Positions 49,901 through 61,019 of a DNA stretch of 64,000 bases are shown here, one piece after another; positions within the stretch are counted from its first letter, which is position 1; every line of letters starts with the position of its first letter. The notes beneath the pieces were generated by a model. It had not been told where the DNA came from and did no database searches. It worked only from the letters and a program-made list of their open reading frames with translations. Origin of the DNA: Tubiluchus corallicola (lineage: Eukaryota; Animalia; Priapulida); the NCBI GenBank assembly GCA_030141605.1, contig JAQGDQ010000021.1, positions 1,054,001 to 1,118,000 on the forward strand, given 5' to 3'. The position numbers were made by a program, and so were the translations under genes.

Positions 49901-52900
49901 TCATTGTCAGATTATGTGTGCCCAATTTAATTGAAATGGCACTGCAGCAATGCCACTCTAATGGAAGGCACTTGGCACTAGGGGAGAAATTTCAAATTTC
50001 ATTCAGATGAGGGAGAAAATGCACACCGTGAAGTGTAATGAAACTAAGATTTTGTGGGATACAGCGGGAAAACAAGTTTCCTATCTTAGGTTGTCTTCTT
50101 CAACAATACTTCGCGATCGTTGGCAGTTGCAGCAATGTTGTAACTGAGTAATTTGTGATACTTGTGCAAGTGTTGTGTCTTTAAAACATTACGATATAAT
50201 GCTCATACACAATATAAAAAATATATTATTATAATTATTACAGTGAATTTTAAAGTCAACCAATTCACTTATTTTTTCCACTAATAAACATTTGGAAAAA
50301 GTAAAACTACTTCTGAATTTACAAGATCGTGACAGATTTAAACAGTAAGATTGTCATAATAAAGGCAACATTTTATACAAATGTATTAGGTATGTAACTG
50401 ACATTATATACAAAATAGTTCTACTGAGTATTAACAGGAGCATACAGAAAGTTGTTTATTAATGTAGGATACATACGATAGTGCAAAGTATCCCGGGATG
50501 AAGGAGACGGTTTTCGAACCTTCTGTGAAGATGAGCTCATATCTTGTCGAATTTATAGTATGCGATTTCCACTTTGTGGAAAATCTCACCTCGTCAGACA
50601 TTCCGGTAAGTATAAAACAGCTAAACGCAAAATTTACTTTAATCGACTCAGCAAAGAACTAAACTTAATGCTACGAAATTTTTGTTGAACATTCCAGAAG
50701 AATTTAAAATGTTTAATTTAAGTAAGTTTAAAAAATCAAACAAATTCTGTTTGATTGTTGTTCATAATCTGCCCAGTAAATGCGTTCTAGATGTATATAC
50801 TTTGCGTACGTATGTGCTTTAAGAATCACTGTTAGTACCATCACGGAGCTAGTACCGTAGAAGAGCTCTCACTTATTGTTCAAATGTTTACTTGTTGTTA
50901 AGCCACAGTGATGTGGTAGTTGTACCCACAGTGGTCGCACCCTAAATTTTTACTGATTTCCCGAAATTTTTCTACGGGATAAATATTTTATCATTTTGTT
51001 TTTTAATTGAATTCATATAGTTATAGAATGATGTCCTCAGTTATGGTAGCCATCTGCAGGAAGAAGCGTAGAAAGCACTTGCTCTTTACAGCAACCTTTT
51101 ACAAATGATTATTACTATATCTTACAATTTCTTACTGTATCGCTCGTTGTAACATAAATTTATTCTATTCTATTTTGTACTTGAAAAGATAATCTCTTGT
51201 TATTATATTATTGTTGATACAAACAAGTTTAGTTATAGCGATTGAAATAATGTTAATACAAAGTCCAGTGGAGCGAGATTCAGAAATGGAAAATAATTTT
51301 TGAAAATGAAAAAATATTGATATCGGTAATTCAAAAACTTTCATATTATGATGTTTTCTAGATGAGAATATATAGCACAGAAGATCAAATCCATCGGACT
51401 GAGTATGCTTTACGAGTTGCTATAGAAAACTTAGACTATTTTGAGGATTATTATCAGGTGCCTTATCCTTTACCGAAACTAGGTAGGTGTCGTTTACGTT
51501 CGTTCATGTAAGTTAGCTACCAGTTTTAAAATTATTATGCAAAAGATGATATGAGATATCCTTTCCTGCTCTTTCTCCGTTCTCCACTCTTTCTTCTCTT
51601 TCTTTCTCTCTCTCTCTCGCTCTGTCTTTCCTTTTTTTCTCTCTCTTTCTCTCTCTTTCTCTATCTCCCTCCCTCTCTCTCTTTCCCACTCTCTTTCTTT
51701 CTCTCTTTTCTCTCCCGTTCTCTCTCTCTCTTTCTTTCTTTCTTTCTCTCTCTCTCTTCTCTCCCGTTCTCTCTCTCTCTCTGCCTTTCTCTCTCTTTTT
51801 CTTGATGTTCACTATGAAATTGGAACTAAGACTTTAACTAAAAATCACGCGCGCGCATCTTGCTTTATTCAAACACCCCGCTTCTTAAAGTGGGTCAACA
51901 TTGTTCGGCATAGCTTTAAAAATCTTAACATATACTATTAACCTAACTAGCAGGATTGTATCCTTATCATATTTTACAGGTTCTCAAATAAACCTGCGTA
52001 ATTCCCCCGGACTATCGCTGTCAAATGATTTTGATTAGTATGTCACGCTCACCACAGATAAATGTCGATACGATAATGATTTTTATTATTAAATAAATGA
52101 AAGATTGTCTACATACTGGTTCCTGCTTGTGCGTACTTTGGAATGCAATGATAATTTCTTAAACAGTTAAAATTTTGTTCTAGCCCCCAGGGTTTTTTTG
52201 GATGATCAAAAAGTCGTTCGTCAGTTTTTGTTAAAAAGTATTGACTGATAATTGAAAGAATGTGGTGGAAGTTGTGAGTGACTGTCGCGGTGGTAGCTAG
52301 AATGGTGGTGTTGGTGTTGACAGCATCAGTGACAGCCCTGGTGTTGGTGGCGGTAATATTAATCTCTGGCAATAAACTCAATACAACATGCATACAAAGC
52401 AGGCAGCGTTCCTATTTTATGATGCAAAATGACATCAAGTTTTAAACATGTCTTCCTTTTAAATTTCGTACAAAAATAACCTTTGCTCAGTCATCTCTTC
52501 GACTTTTCGTCAGGGAGCTAAAATTGTCAAATAAACCTGCTGCTTAGTTGAGTAAGGCCAATCTTCCAGTCACCCAAGATGTTATAAAACGATATTTTAC
52601 TCAGTTTTGATCGTAATGGAAATCCCGTTTGAACTGCAGGCAGGAGTAACAGTCCGGCACTGCGTAGTACAACAAATAGGGCGGAATCTAGCGTGTAAAA
52701 CACTATAGGCTTCTTTGAGTCCGTTCCGTTTTGAAGATGATTAAATCAGAAACTCACAGATATATATTAATATAAATGTAGGTAAGAGGAGACGGAAGAG
52801 AAAGCAAGGGGGAAGTTTCTAGTTCGTATGCCTAAATAGTGACGAATGTTTCTAAAATTATATTAGTTTAAAGGGAAAGAAACGGCAATTTTAAAGTATG

Positions 52901-55900
52901 ACACACAAAACTATGCCACATAAGGTTATATTGCTTAGCATTACGCTTACCTGTCTGAAAGATTTATGTAACTAGAAAAAAAACTCTTAGTAATTTAAAA
53001 TCTTCGCGTCTACACGCAAAACGTCACTGACTCACCTTCCCAGTGTTCCTTTGCTTCCCAGTGAGTTTGACTCTGTAAAAAAGTACCTTTAATCTTACTG
53101 ACAAGATACAGTAATTTAAACTTTTGCTTTGTTAGTGAAGTGTGTGCTACGAATGCTCTATTTTTTCAAAATTTACACAATGTTATCTGAACTTCTTTCA
53201 AACGACTTACCGTCAAAATGGCCTGTGCCTAACGGTTCAGCGCGGATATTTAAGTACCCAAGTTTTATACAGCGATGCTGCTACTGCAAGCCCTGTATAC
53301 AGTAAGGCAGTGTAATACACTGCTTCACTACGATTTTTTTAGCTTTAAGGCTAAGGGGTAACGGGTGCAAGTAAAGGGTGTCTTATCCTTCAAACAGTGC
53401 ATAATGTTCAGCTAAAATAAAAACTATTATGTTTCGTTTATTTAATTGTCGCGTAGTGCAGCATAAATAAACAAATAAACTACTTTCACCTATACACATC
53501 TGACTTACCTCAAGTTACTTCTCAATTGTTTACTTCAGATCACTTTGCAATACCTGACTACGTCTCTGGAGCCACTGAACATTGGGGCATCATCACTTAC
53601 AGAGAGACCAACCTTTTATACGATGAGCTTGAGTCATCATCTTCAAATAAACAAAGAATTTGCCAAGTTATAGCTCATGAGACTGCTCATATGGTATGTC
53701 CATAAACATGCCTGTATACCTTTATTAAAATGGCTTTGAGAAAAGAAAACGAATTTATCGTTCACTGTTTTCAGTTTATTTTTCATTCTTCTTGTTTTCT
53801 TAGACCTTTTTTCTTTTTCCTCTCTTAATTAATTTATTTGTTTATTTATTGTTTTCCTTTTTTCTTCTTTCTTCCCTCTTTTTAACTTCATTTCTTTCTT
53901 CCATTATTCGTATGATTTGATTAAGTAACTTGAAACGATAATAAACGGTTAGAAGAAATTTATTCGTTCAAAGCAAAGTGAAGCATTTTCTGTAAATACT
54001 GAGGCTGAAACTACAGAACCCACCTCACCCGCTAAGGTCGCCGTCTATCTGTATGTTTTTTTAATTTTAGATATTTAATTCTTGTATTCTTTTTCACTAG
54101 TTTATAAACTGTATATTTAAAAACAAATTTTAACGGATTTTAGTGGTTTTATGGTATTTGCTCACTTTACAAAAGTAAACAGAAGAGCTTCAAGCCAAAA
54201 ATTCGTATTTCTGCTGTAATCTGATATAATCGCAAACTACCGAATTTTCAAACCAAAGTGCATTAGACGTCTAGTCTATATGAATGAAAGATATTATAAC
54301 TGTAAACCATCATTTCGTTGTGTTTGATTTGCTGTTAGAGATTTTGAACACAATTTATGAATTTCCATTACCGAATTTAATTAAAAGACAAGAGCTGAAT
54401 TATCATCCGTAAACCTGTATGCTTTAAAGGTCAAACGGAGATGTATCGTGACTTGTGAGTGACAGATAGCAATTTTATATACATTTGTCAGGACTGGAAG
54501 TTGAGTGCAATTAAACCTTTGAAATAATTGCAACTGTATTTTGGTTTTTGATTGGAAAATGTGATGATGTCAATAGCTCATTGATAGTTGAGTTTCAGAA
54601 AGCTTCTTGAACGGTACCGTTAATATGCTCGATTTAGAAGTAATATAAAATAAATTCACTTAAATTAATCATTTTAGAAACTTATAAATGTGAAATAACA
54701 TCGCGTACAAGAGCTATAACCTGTCATTCTTCGTGAAACATTTCATAGCTACTATTAAATTTATTTCGGAAACGATATAACTTCATTAGACTTACAAAAA
54801 CGTAAATTATCATTTTAGAAGCGTACGTGTCTGAAATAAAATCGCGTACAAGGGTTTGAACTGCTATTCAGTGTGAAACATGCTCTACTTGTCACTAAAT
54901 TTATTTCAGAAAAAAATCGTCAGCAGTTTGCGTGATGATGGTAATAAAAATCGAAATGAATTTATTTATTTCACGGTGAATAATACATACATATACATTT
55001 AGTCACAGACATTGTCATACTAGTTACAGCAAGCAGAAGAATTAGCATTTTAGCATTATGCTATCGGGTCCTCCTCTAAATAGCACAACAATTTACAATT
55101 AACGTTACATAATAATTGTCTCATATTACAACGTACGAAGTTAAATAAAATAAGTTTTGTTAGTAACGTAAAATCAGGATAAGTTCGGTTTATTATACCG
55201 TTGTAATAATATTGCTTTGATCCTTTTTGAATTGATAAAGGTTAAAACTTTTCATTTCACGCGGAATTGATGACCATATTTTAATAGCCCTATATTTCAT
55301 TATATTTGTTTTTAAACTCCATTTTAAAATCCACACCAGTTTGCTCGTGTAAATTCGCATAAATAACTGTATGCAAACAAGGTAAATATAGTAACTGTAA
55401 TAGAGGTAAAATTTCTTATCACGACTGTAACTGGTAGCAGTAAATATCGTTTCAGTGGTTTGGAAATTTGGTTACAAATGACTGGTGGAATGATATCTGG
55501 TTACAAGAAGGTTTTGCTAGTTACGTGGAATATCTCGGCATGGCGGTTTCTGAACCGGACTGGCAAATGGTAAAAGTTTTTTTCTTTCGTATTAAAATCG
55601 GGAAGCTAAAAATACAAATCTCCTGCAGTAATTGATACCGCTTCGACAAATTAGTTGACATAAATAATTTGTCAAAGCAAATCTGTTATTCAAAGTTTTA
55701 ATGAGGGAACAAACTGATATTACTCGTTTTGAAAATAAAATTGACCAAAAAATGAAATGAAAACACACCAATTCAGCCTGGATTTGAACCTGGGATTTTA
55801 CAATTACAGTCTTTACGTCATGGACCTAGCAGGTATTTGAGTCTCTTGTGATTAAGAGAATGATAGAACTTCGCCAATACTTACTTATATAATTTATTCT

Positions 55901-58900
55901 GACACTTTCTGCGTACGTTATGCCCTCATAGGAAGGAGTTTACAATTTACCACATAATTTAAATACCCTAACCCTAACAATAACCCGATCCTAATTCTAA
56001 CCCAACCCTAGCCCTAATCCAAACCCTAACCCTCTGCTTCACGATTCACGAACTAATTTGAGTAATTTCTGGTATGTAGGAAATTGTAAATTTTAGCCTC
56101 TCACGTTAAAACAAGTAAACATGTAAACTGTGAACCTAAGGGTCACTTTGAGGCCCTGGAATTCAAGGGATCACTCTGAGGGTCTGAAACATACATTTGT
56201 AATATATCACAAACTATACATCACGTAGTCACACACAGTCATAACATAAGAAAGCAAATGCAAACGACGTATTGGAATAAATTTAAAAAGTCAAACTTAA
56301 CACAATATTATTTTACTGACTAATAAACAAAATGCTTTAAATTTTATTGCATTTTAATCGCAGGAGGCTCAATTCATCGTGCTTGATTTATTACCCGTCA
56401 TGGATACCGACGCAACTGTGACGTCACGACCAATCATCGTCGAGGTTAATCATCCAGACGAAATCACGTCAGTTTTCGATATTATATCCTATAACAAGGT
56501 AGGCTGACCAATATGCATGATCAATAATAATGTCCTTCACACTGTGTAAGCAAGAACAGTAATAACTTAGTCTACATTCATTATTGCATTCATTAGACTC
56601 AGCGAGTCTTATGCACTAATCGAAATATTCATACCTCAAATCGTTGATAAATAAGATTAATTACTTTCTCGTGTCTCACAGCAATGCCAGTCCATATGCC
56701 GAGTAACCCACTAGCCGAAGTAGGACACTTCCGGTAAAACGCATGTATTAAATTTGCGGGAAAGCAGTGTCGTACATGGGCAGCCCAAGTAGCGAACTAG
56801 CGATTTCTGTCGAGAATCGAGATCTATGACATAATAAAACATAAAGCTAAATTTGTCTTAGAAAAAAGTAACTTTATAATAACGATGGATAGTCCTTGAC
56901 AATTTACTTTTTACAACAATATCATCATTATTATTAGCTCCATTAATAATTATCATCATAACATTAAACTAAGTATCTAATGCTTTAAAGAGAAAAACTA
57001 TGTAGGGCACATAACTCGCTAACCAGTTTACTTAGTAGAAAACAATTATTTGTCCAAGAGGGAGTGAAAAGGGTCACCTATCTGTGAAGCAAGACAAAAC
57101 AAAAAATGATATACCTTAAGCAAAAGTTAGAATCGCCTAAAAAGTGCGCTTATTTCACTTCAAAGAAGATTAATATTGGCAAAATTATAGTAGGTCAAAA
57201 TAAAATTCGTTTATTTTATCAGATGCATAATAAATTACTCAACGTGTAATTAATGGTGTCATTTCTGTGTTTTAGTTCAGCTTTATGTAATGTTTTGTCA
57301 CTTAAAGTGGGGCCATTAATGCTTGCTGCTCCGGGGCTCGCAAGGGCTCTCAATAACCCTGTGTACCTGCAGTTTAGCCTTCTTCAGACATGCTTTTGCT
57401 GAGTTATAGCAAAATTCCTGTTGTTTATTAATGTCTGACAGTTTCTTGCTGTTTTGAGGCTTTTCCACCAACTTATATTGGTGGATTTTTAGTACGTTAA
57501 TCAGCACGTTTTTCTCTACTAGCATAAAAATGAACTAGTTTGGCTGGACTATGGCTACTGGCGACATTGTTACAGACTGCACGAGGTATCACTTTTCTAA
57601 AATGACCCTGCGCTGTGAAATCACTGCACTTTTAACATTCCTGTCAATAAAATCTGTTAGCATGCAGTGTCACTTTCACGCAGGGAATCACAATTACTTC
57701 CTCTAATAACAGGCGTATGTCACTGCACCCTGTTAAATAACTGATAAAGTTTATTAAGTTAGTTATAAGCTAATGGAAACCGCCCTCAAGCATATTGCAC
57801 AGGTGTGCTGCGATGCACTCTGCAATAATTATTGTTCTTAGTGATGCGTAGGAGACTTACCACGATGACGCCGCCGCCATGTTACTTTCCGCGTGTCAAG
57901 CGGCGCGTTCAGACTAGCGAGTTTTCTGTTGTGAGTTTTCTCTCTGACAACAAACTCACAAGTATAAACTGTTTGCAAGTTACTCTGGACAAGTTACTGT
58001 GGACTAGTCATTGTAAACTCTATCCGACTGTTGCTACAAGTTGATTTCCTGCGAGTTACTGTCTAGTGTGAACACCTCGACGAGTTACTCTCGACACTTC
58101 TCACATTGAATAGAGCAGGGGTGTCAACTCGCGCTTTCTGTCGGAAAGTAACTCGCAGCAAGTTTTGCTTTCTAGTCTAAACACACTCGCGAGTTACTTG
58201 AGTTACTTTGACAGTTACTTGACGAGTTACTTGACAAGAAGACTCGCTAGACTGAACGAGACGAAATAAATATCTCAGCCTCCTAAGATAAAGATTGTTT
58301 TTATGCTTGAATGAATGAATTTAATAGCTATCAAATCATATAGTTGGGTTGAAACATCCATGGAAAACTTTGATGACATTATCCATAGAAATGTCACAAC
58401 TTGAATTAGCAAACTATTACATTGTGAACAAATAATGTAGTAACTTCAGAAATGTAGTAAGTCCTCCATTATACGTAGAACCACGAAAAAGTTGTGAAAA
58501 AAGCTGGCTAGTTTAATTTCCGGTTTTAATGATGGCGACTACTGAGACACCAACGGCAGCGGCAACGTCAATCAGTGAATGTGACTAATCACATGCGCAC
58601 GAATAAAATATACAAAAGCATGCACACTTATGTTCGGCAGTCAATAACAGATGGTCTAAAGTCCAGCCATAGTTCAGCCATTACTAGTTGCAATGTAACA
58701 CTGGTAATAGTAATGCTTACTGATTAATGCTTGCCATTACTGATAATCCACTAATACTTACTTACTGGTAATGCATCAAAACTTTATTAGAGTTTTTGTC
58801 ATATTTGTTTTAGGGTGCTTCTATACATTCGAATGTTGGACGGCATAACTTGGTGAAACCAACTTTAGAAGATGGCTAAGCTGCAGGTAACTACAATTTC

Positions 58901-60895
58901 AATTTTTGGATTTTCCACATGTCACGTGACAGGCGTGAATCTACTGAGTCGGTTAGTTAGTTGGTTGGTTGATTGATTGGTTGGTCAGTCGGTCGGTCGG
59001 TCGGTCCGTTAGTTAGTTAGTCAGTCAGTCAGTCATTCAGTCAGTCAGTCAGTTAGTAATAAAAGCTAAATTACGTACACAAGTGGGGTAACCGATCTTT
59101 ACGGTCCATATTAAATAAACGCATTATTACACCGCTATCATTGAGCACACAGTAGATGACGAAAATATTAAAATAAAACACTACATTATGCACCTGTTAA
59201 GTATCAAACGTATTTAAGATATCAAAGTACAATTTAAACGTATTAAACTTATTATGACGTGAAGAGTATTCGTTTAAATTACTATAAGCTACATTAGGAT
59301 ATCAAAATTTTTATTTACATGTCCATATCAGACACATATTTTAACGTATTAAACTTAGTTTGACATGAAGAGAATTCGTTTAAATTACTATAATCTACAT
59401 TAGGATATCTAAATTTGTATTTACATGTCCATATTAGACACATTTTAACGTATTAAACTTATTTTGACATGAAGAGTATTCGTTTAAATTACTATAATCT
59501 ACATTAGGATATCTAAATTTGTATTTACATGTCCATATCAGACACATATTTTTTAACGTATTAAACTTATTTTGACATGAAGAGAATTCGTTTAAATTAC
59601 TATAAGCTACATTAGGATATCTAAATTTGTATTTACATGTCCATATCAGACACATATTTTTTAACGTATTAAACTTATTTTGACATGAAGAGAATTCGTT
59701 TAAATTACTATAATCTACATTAGGATATCTAAATTTGTATTTACATGTCCATATTAGACACATATTTTAATGTATTAAACTCATCTTGACATGAAGAGAA
59801 TTCGTTTAAATTACTATAATCTACATTAGGATATCTAAATTTTTATTTACATGTCCATATCAGACACATATTTTAACGTATTAAACTTATTTTGACATGA
59901 AGAGTATTCGTTTAAATTACTATAATCTACATTAGGATATCTAAATTTTTATTTACATGTCCATATTAGACACATATTTTAATGTATTAAACTCATCTTG
60001 ACATGAAGAGAATTCGTTTAAATTACTATAATCTACATTAGGATATCTAAATTTTTATTTACATGTCCATATCAGACACATATTTTAATGTATTAAACTC
60101 ATCTTGACATGAAGAGAATTCGTTTAAATTACTATAATCTACATTAGGATGTCTAAATTTGTATTTACATGTCCATATTAGACACATATTTTAACGTATT
60201 AAACTTATTTTGACATGAAGAAAATTCGTTTAAATTACTATAATCTACATTAGGATATCTAAATTTTTATTTACATGTCCATATTAGACACATATTTTAA
60301 CGTATTAAACATATATTGGCATGAAGAGAATTCGTTTAAATTACTATAATCTACATTAGGATATCTAAATTTTTATTTACATGTCCATATTAGACACATA
60401 TTTTAACGTATTAAACTTACTTTGACATGAAGAGAATTCGTTTAAATTACTATAATCTACATTAGAATGTCTAAATTTGTATTTACATGTCCATATTAGA
60501 CACATATGTCCATTTTATCTACATGTACACAGGAATTCTACCTTTACAAAATGAATAAACTTTAACAAGACCGTTTATAGAACTACCTACATAGTTTAGT
60601 TGCGACGACGCTTGCAAAAACAACTGAGTTAAGATAATTATAAAATAATTACAGTATAGTAAATGTTGTACGAAAGTTCAAACCAAGTTTTTTCCAGCTG
60701 CATCTAGCAGCAATCGTCACCAGTAGAATAAGAAAAAGAATAAGACAACAAGGTGATGCCAGTATTATTACTAATAGTACAAAGACGTAACCAGTGCACT
60801 GATGTTTTCTCTCATTTTTACAGATTTATTTAGAAAGATTTCAATTTGAAAACTCTGTAACGGATGATCTATGGGAAGCACTAACGGAAGCATCT
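44036..60895 (+). CDS. ENPEP: M1 family zinc aminopeptidase, glutamyl aminopeptidase (aminopeptidase A)-like; 5' part, 9 exons, incomplete at window end
   Basis: Type II TM anchor, S/T-rich stalk, [32 protein letters not shown]-x18-E, SYNKG; exon 8 is frame-disrupted. ENPEP orthology inferred from motifs and exon layout only. Confidence 0.85.
44968..45052 (+). mobile_element. TTAA-AGGG MITE family B terminus
   Basis: matches 52868-52952 (ttaaagggaaagaa...ttttaaagtatg...gcattacgcttac) and more weakly ~39070-39148 reversed. Confidence 0.6.
45283..45326 (-). ncRNA. Hammerhead ribozyme-like motif (Penelope-type), probably degenerate
   Basis: minus strand CTGAAGA-T-GATTG...CAGTC-GAAAC with a pairable stem II. 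Confidence 0.45.
46685..46918. repeat. Compound trinucleotide array AAT/GAT/GTC/GAC/AAT
   Basis: direct reading. Confidence 0.92.
47192..47336 (+). CDS. ENPEP: Aminopeptidase exon 2 ([26 protein letters not shown]...SNMPAQ)
   Basis: ttttcag acceptor, gtaggt donor; 145 nt. Confidence 0.95.
47431..48113 (+). mobile_element. TTAA MITE family A, aminopeptidase intron 2
   Basis: starts ttaaaggaaaacaggatgatttttcatacc; long similarity to 28438-29036. Confidence 0.75.
48955..49200. repeat. (ACTG)n/(ACCG)n microsatellite
   Basis: direct reading. Confidence 0.93.
49778..49897. repeat. C-rich/(CA)n microsatellite
   Basis: direct reading. Confidence 0.9.
50468..50605 (+). CDS. ENPEP: Aminopeptidase exon 3 (...[19 protein letters not shown]...)
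   Basis: MSxYL motif; 138 nt, phase 0-0. Confidence 0.93.
51362..51482 (+). CDS. ENPEP: Aminopeptidase exon 4 (MRIYS...[15 protein letters not shown])
   Basis: YPLPKL motif; 121 nt. Confidence 0.94.
51560..51803. repeat. (CT)n-rich polypyrimidine tract
   Basis: direct reading. Confidence 0.9.
53539..53693 (+). CDS. ENPEP: Aminopeptidase exon 5 ([20 protein letters not shown]...VIAHETAHM)
   Basis: exopeptidase motif plus HEXXH; 155 nt. Confidence 0.95.
54955..55320 (-). mobile_element. 5'-truncated CR1/L2-group LINE 3' end
   Basis: minus strand [26 protein letters not shown] then 3' UTR and aataaataaa tail. Confidence 0.65.
55456..55569 (+). CDS. ENPEP: Aminopeptidase exon 6 ([26 protein letters not shown]...)
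   Basis: third Zn ligand Glu; 114 nt. Confidence 0.95.
55771..55830 (-). mobile_element. tRNA-derived SINE head fragment
   Basis: B-box GGTTCAAATCC in a T-arm-like context (ccaggttcaaatccagg); no full cloverleaf. Confidence 0.45.
56364..56498 (+). CDS. ENPEP: Aminopeptidase exon 7 (...[15 protein letters not shown])
   Basis: catalytic Tyr in SYNK|G; 135 nt. Confidence 0.94.
57534..58688. mobile_element. Outer MITE with ~25-bp TIRs
   Basis: actagtttggctggactatggct ... agccatagttcagccattactagt. Confidence 0.6.
57906..58258. mobile_element. Inner MITE (PIF/Harbinger-like), 22-bp TIRs
   Basis: cgttcagactagcgagttttct / agaagactcgctagactgaacg; internal GAGTTACT repeats. Confidence 0.75.
58814..58886 (+). 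pseudogene. ENPEP: Aminopeptidase exon 8, frame-disrupted (restores to GASIIRMLDGILGETNFRDGLQ if 7 nt are removed)
   Basis: ttttag acceptor and gtaact donor intact; 73 nt between phase-0 neighbours; in-frame TAA at 58877-58879. Confidence 0.8.
58948..59055. repeat. (GTCA/GTCG/GTTA)n microsatellite
   Basis: direct reading. Confidence 0.85.
59237..60507. repeat. ~106-bp tandem repeat, ~12 copies
   Basis: unit aacgtattaaacttattttgacatgaagagaattcg...cagacacatatttt. Confidence 0.96.
60824..60895 (+). CDS. ENPEP: Aminopeptidase exon 9 ([24 protein letters not shown])
   Basis: YL...N...DLW..L motif; tttacag acceptor, gtaagt donor; 72 nt. Confidence 0.92.
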
Positions 60896-61019
60896 GTAAG
60901 TGTACAAGTTACATTTGTTCATTATTCACTACTGTCAGCAGTTCGATAACCTACTTCTCTTCTCCGTTATCTACAGGCAACAAACGCTTGAGCTGCAAAC
61001 GTTTGAGGTTACAACTATT

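Noticed and set aside
54655-54912. ~143-bp two-copy tandem duplication
   Set aside because: Old, diverged intronic duplication with no functional signal.
55771-55830. Possible tRNA gene
   Set aside because: Only a B-box/T-arm is present; acceptor and D stems cannot be formed, so it is kept as a SINE fragment.
59237-60507. Regular arrays as a possible CRISPR locus (also 4390-4930, 30870-31375, 41248-41500)
   Set aside because: Head-to-tail units without unique spacers, no cas genes, eukaryotic context.
56499-60823. An intact mutually exclusive copy of aminopeptidase exon 8
   Set aside because: Candidate ag|GG starts (e.g. ~57005, ~57344) hit stops immediately; none found by eye.
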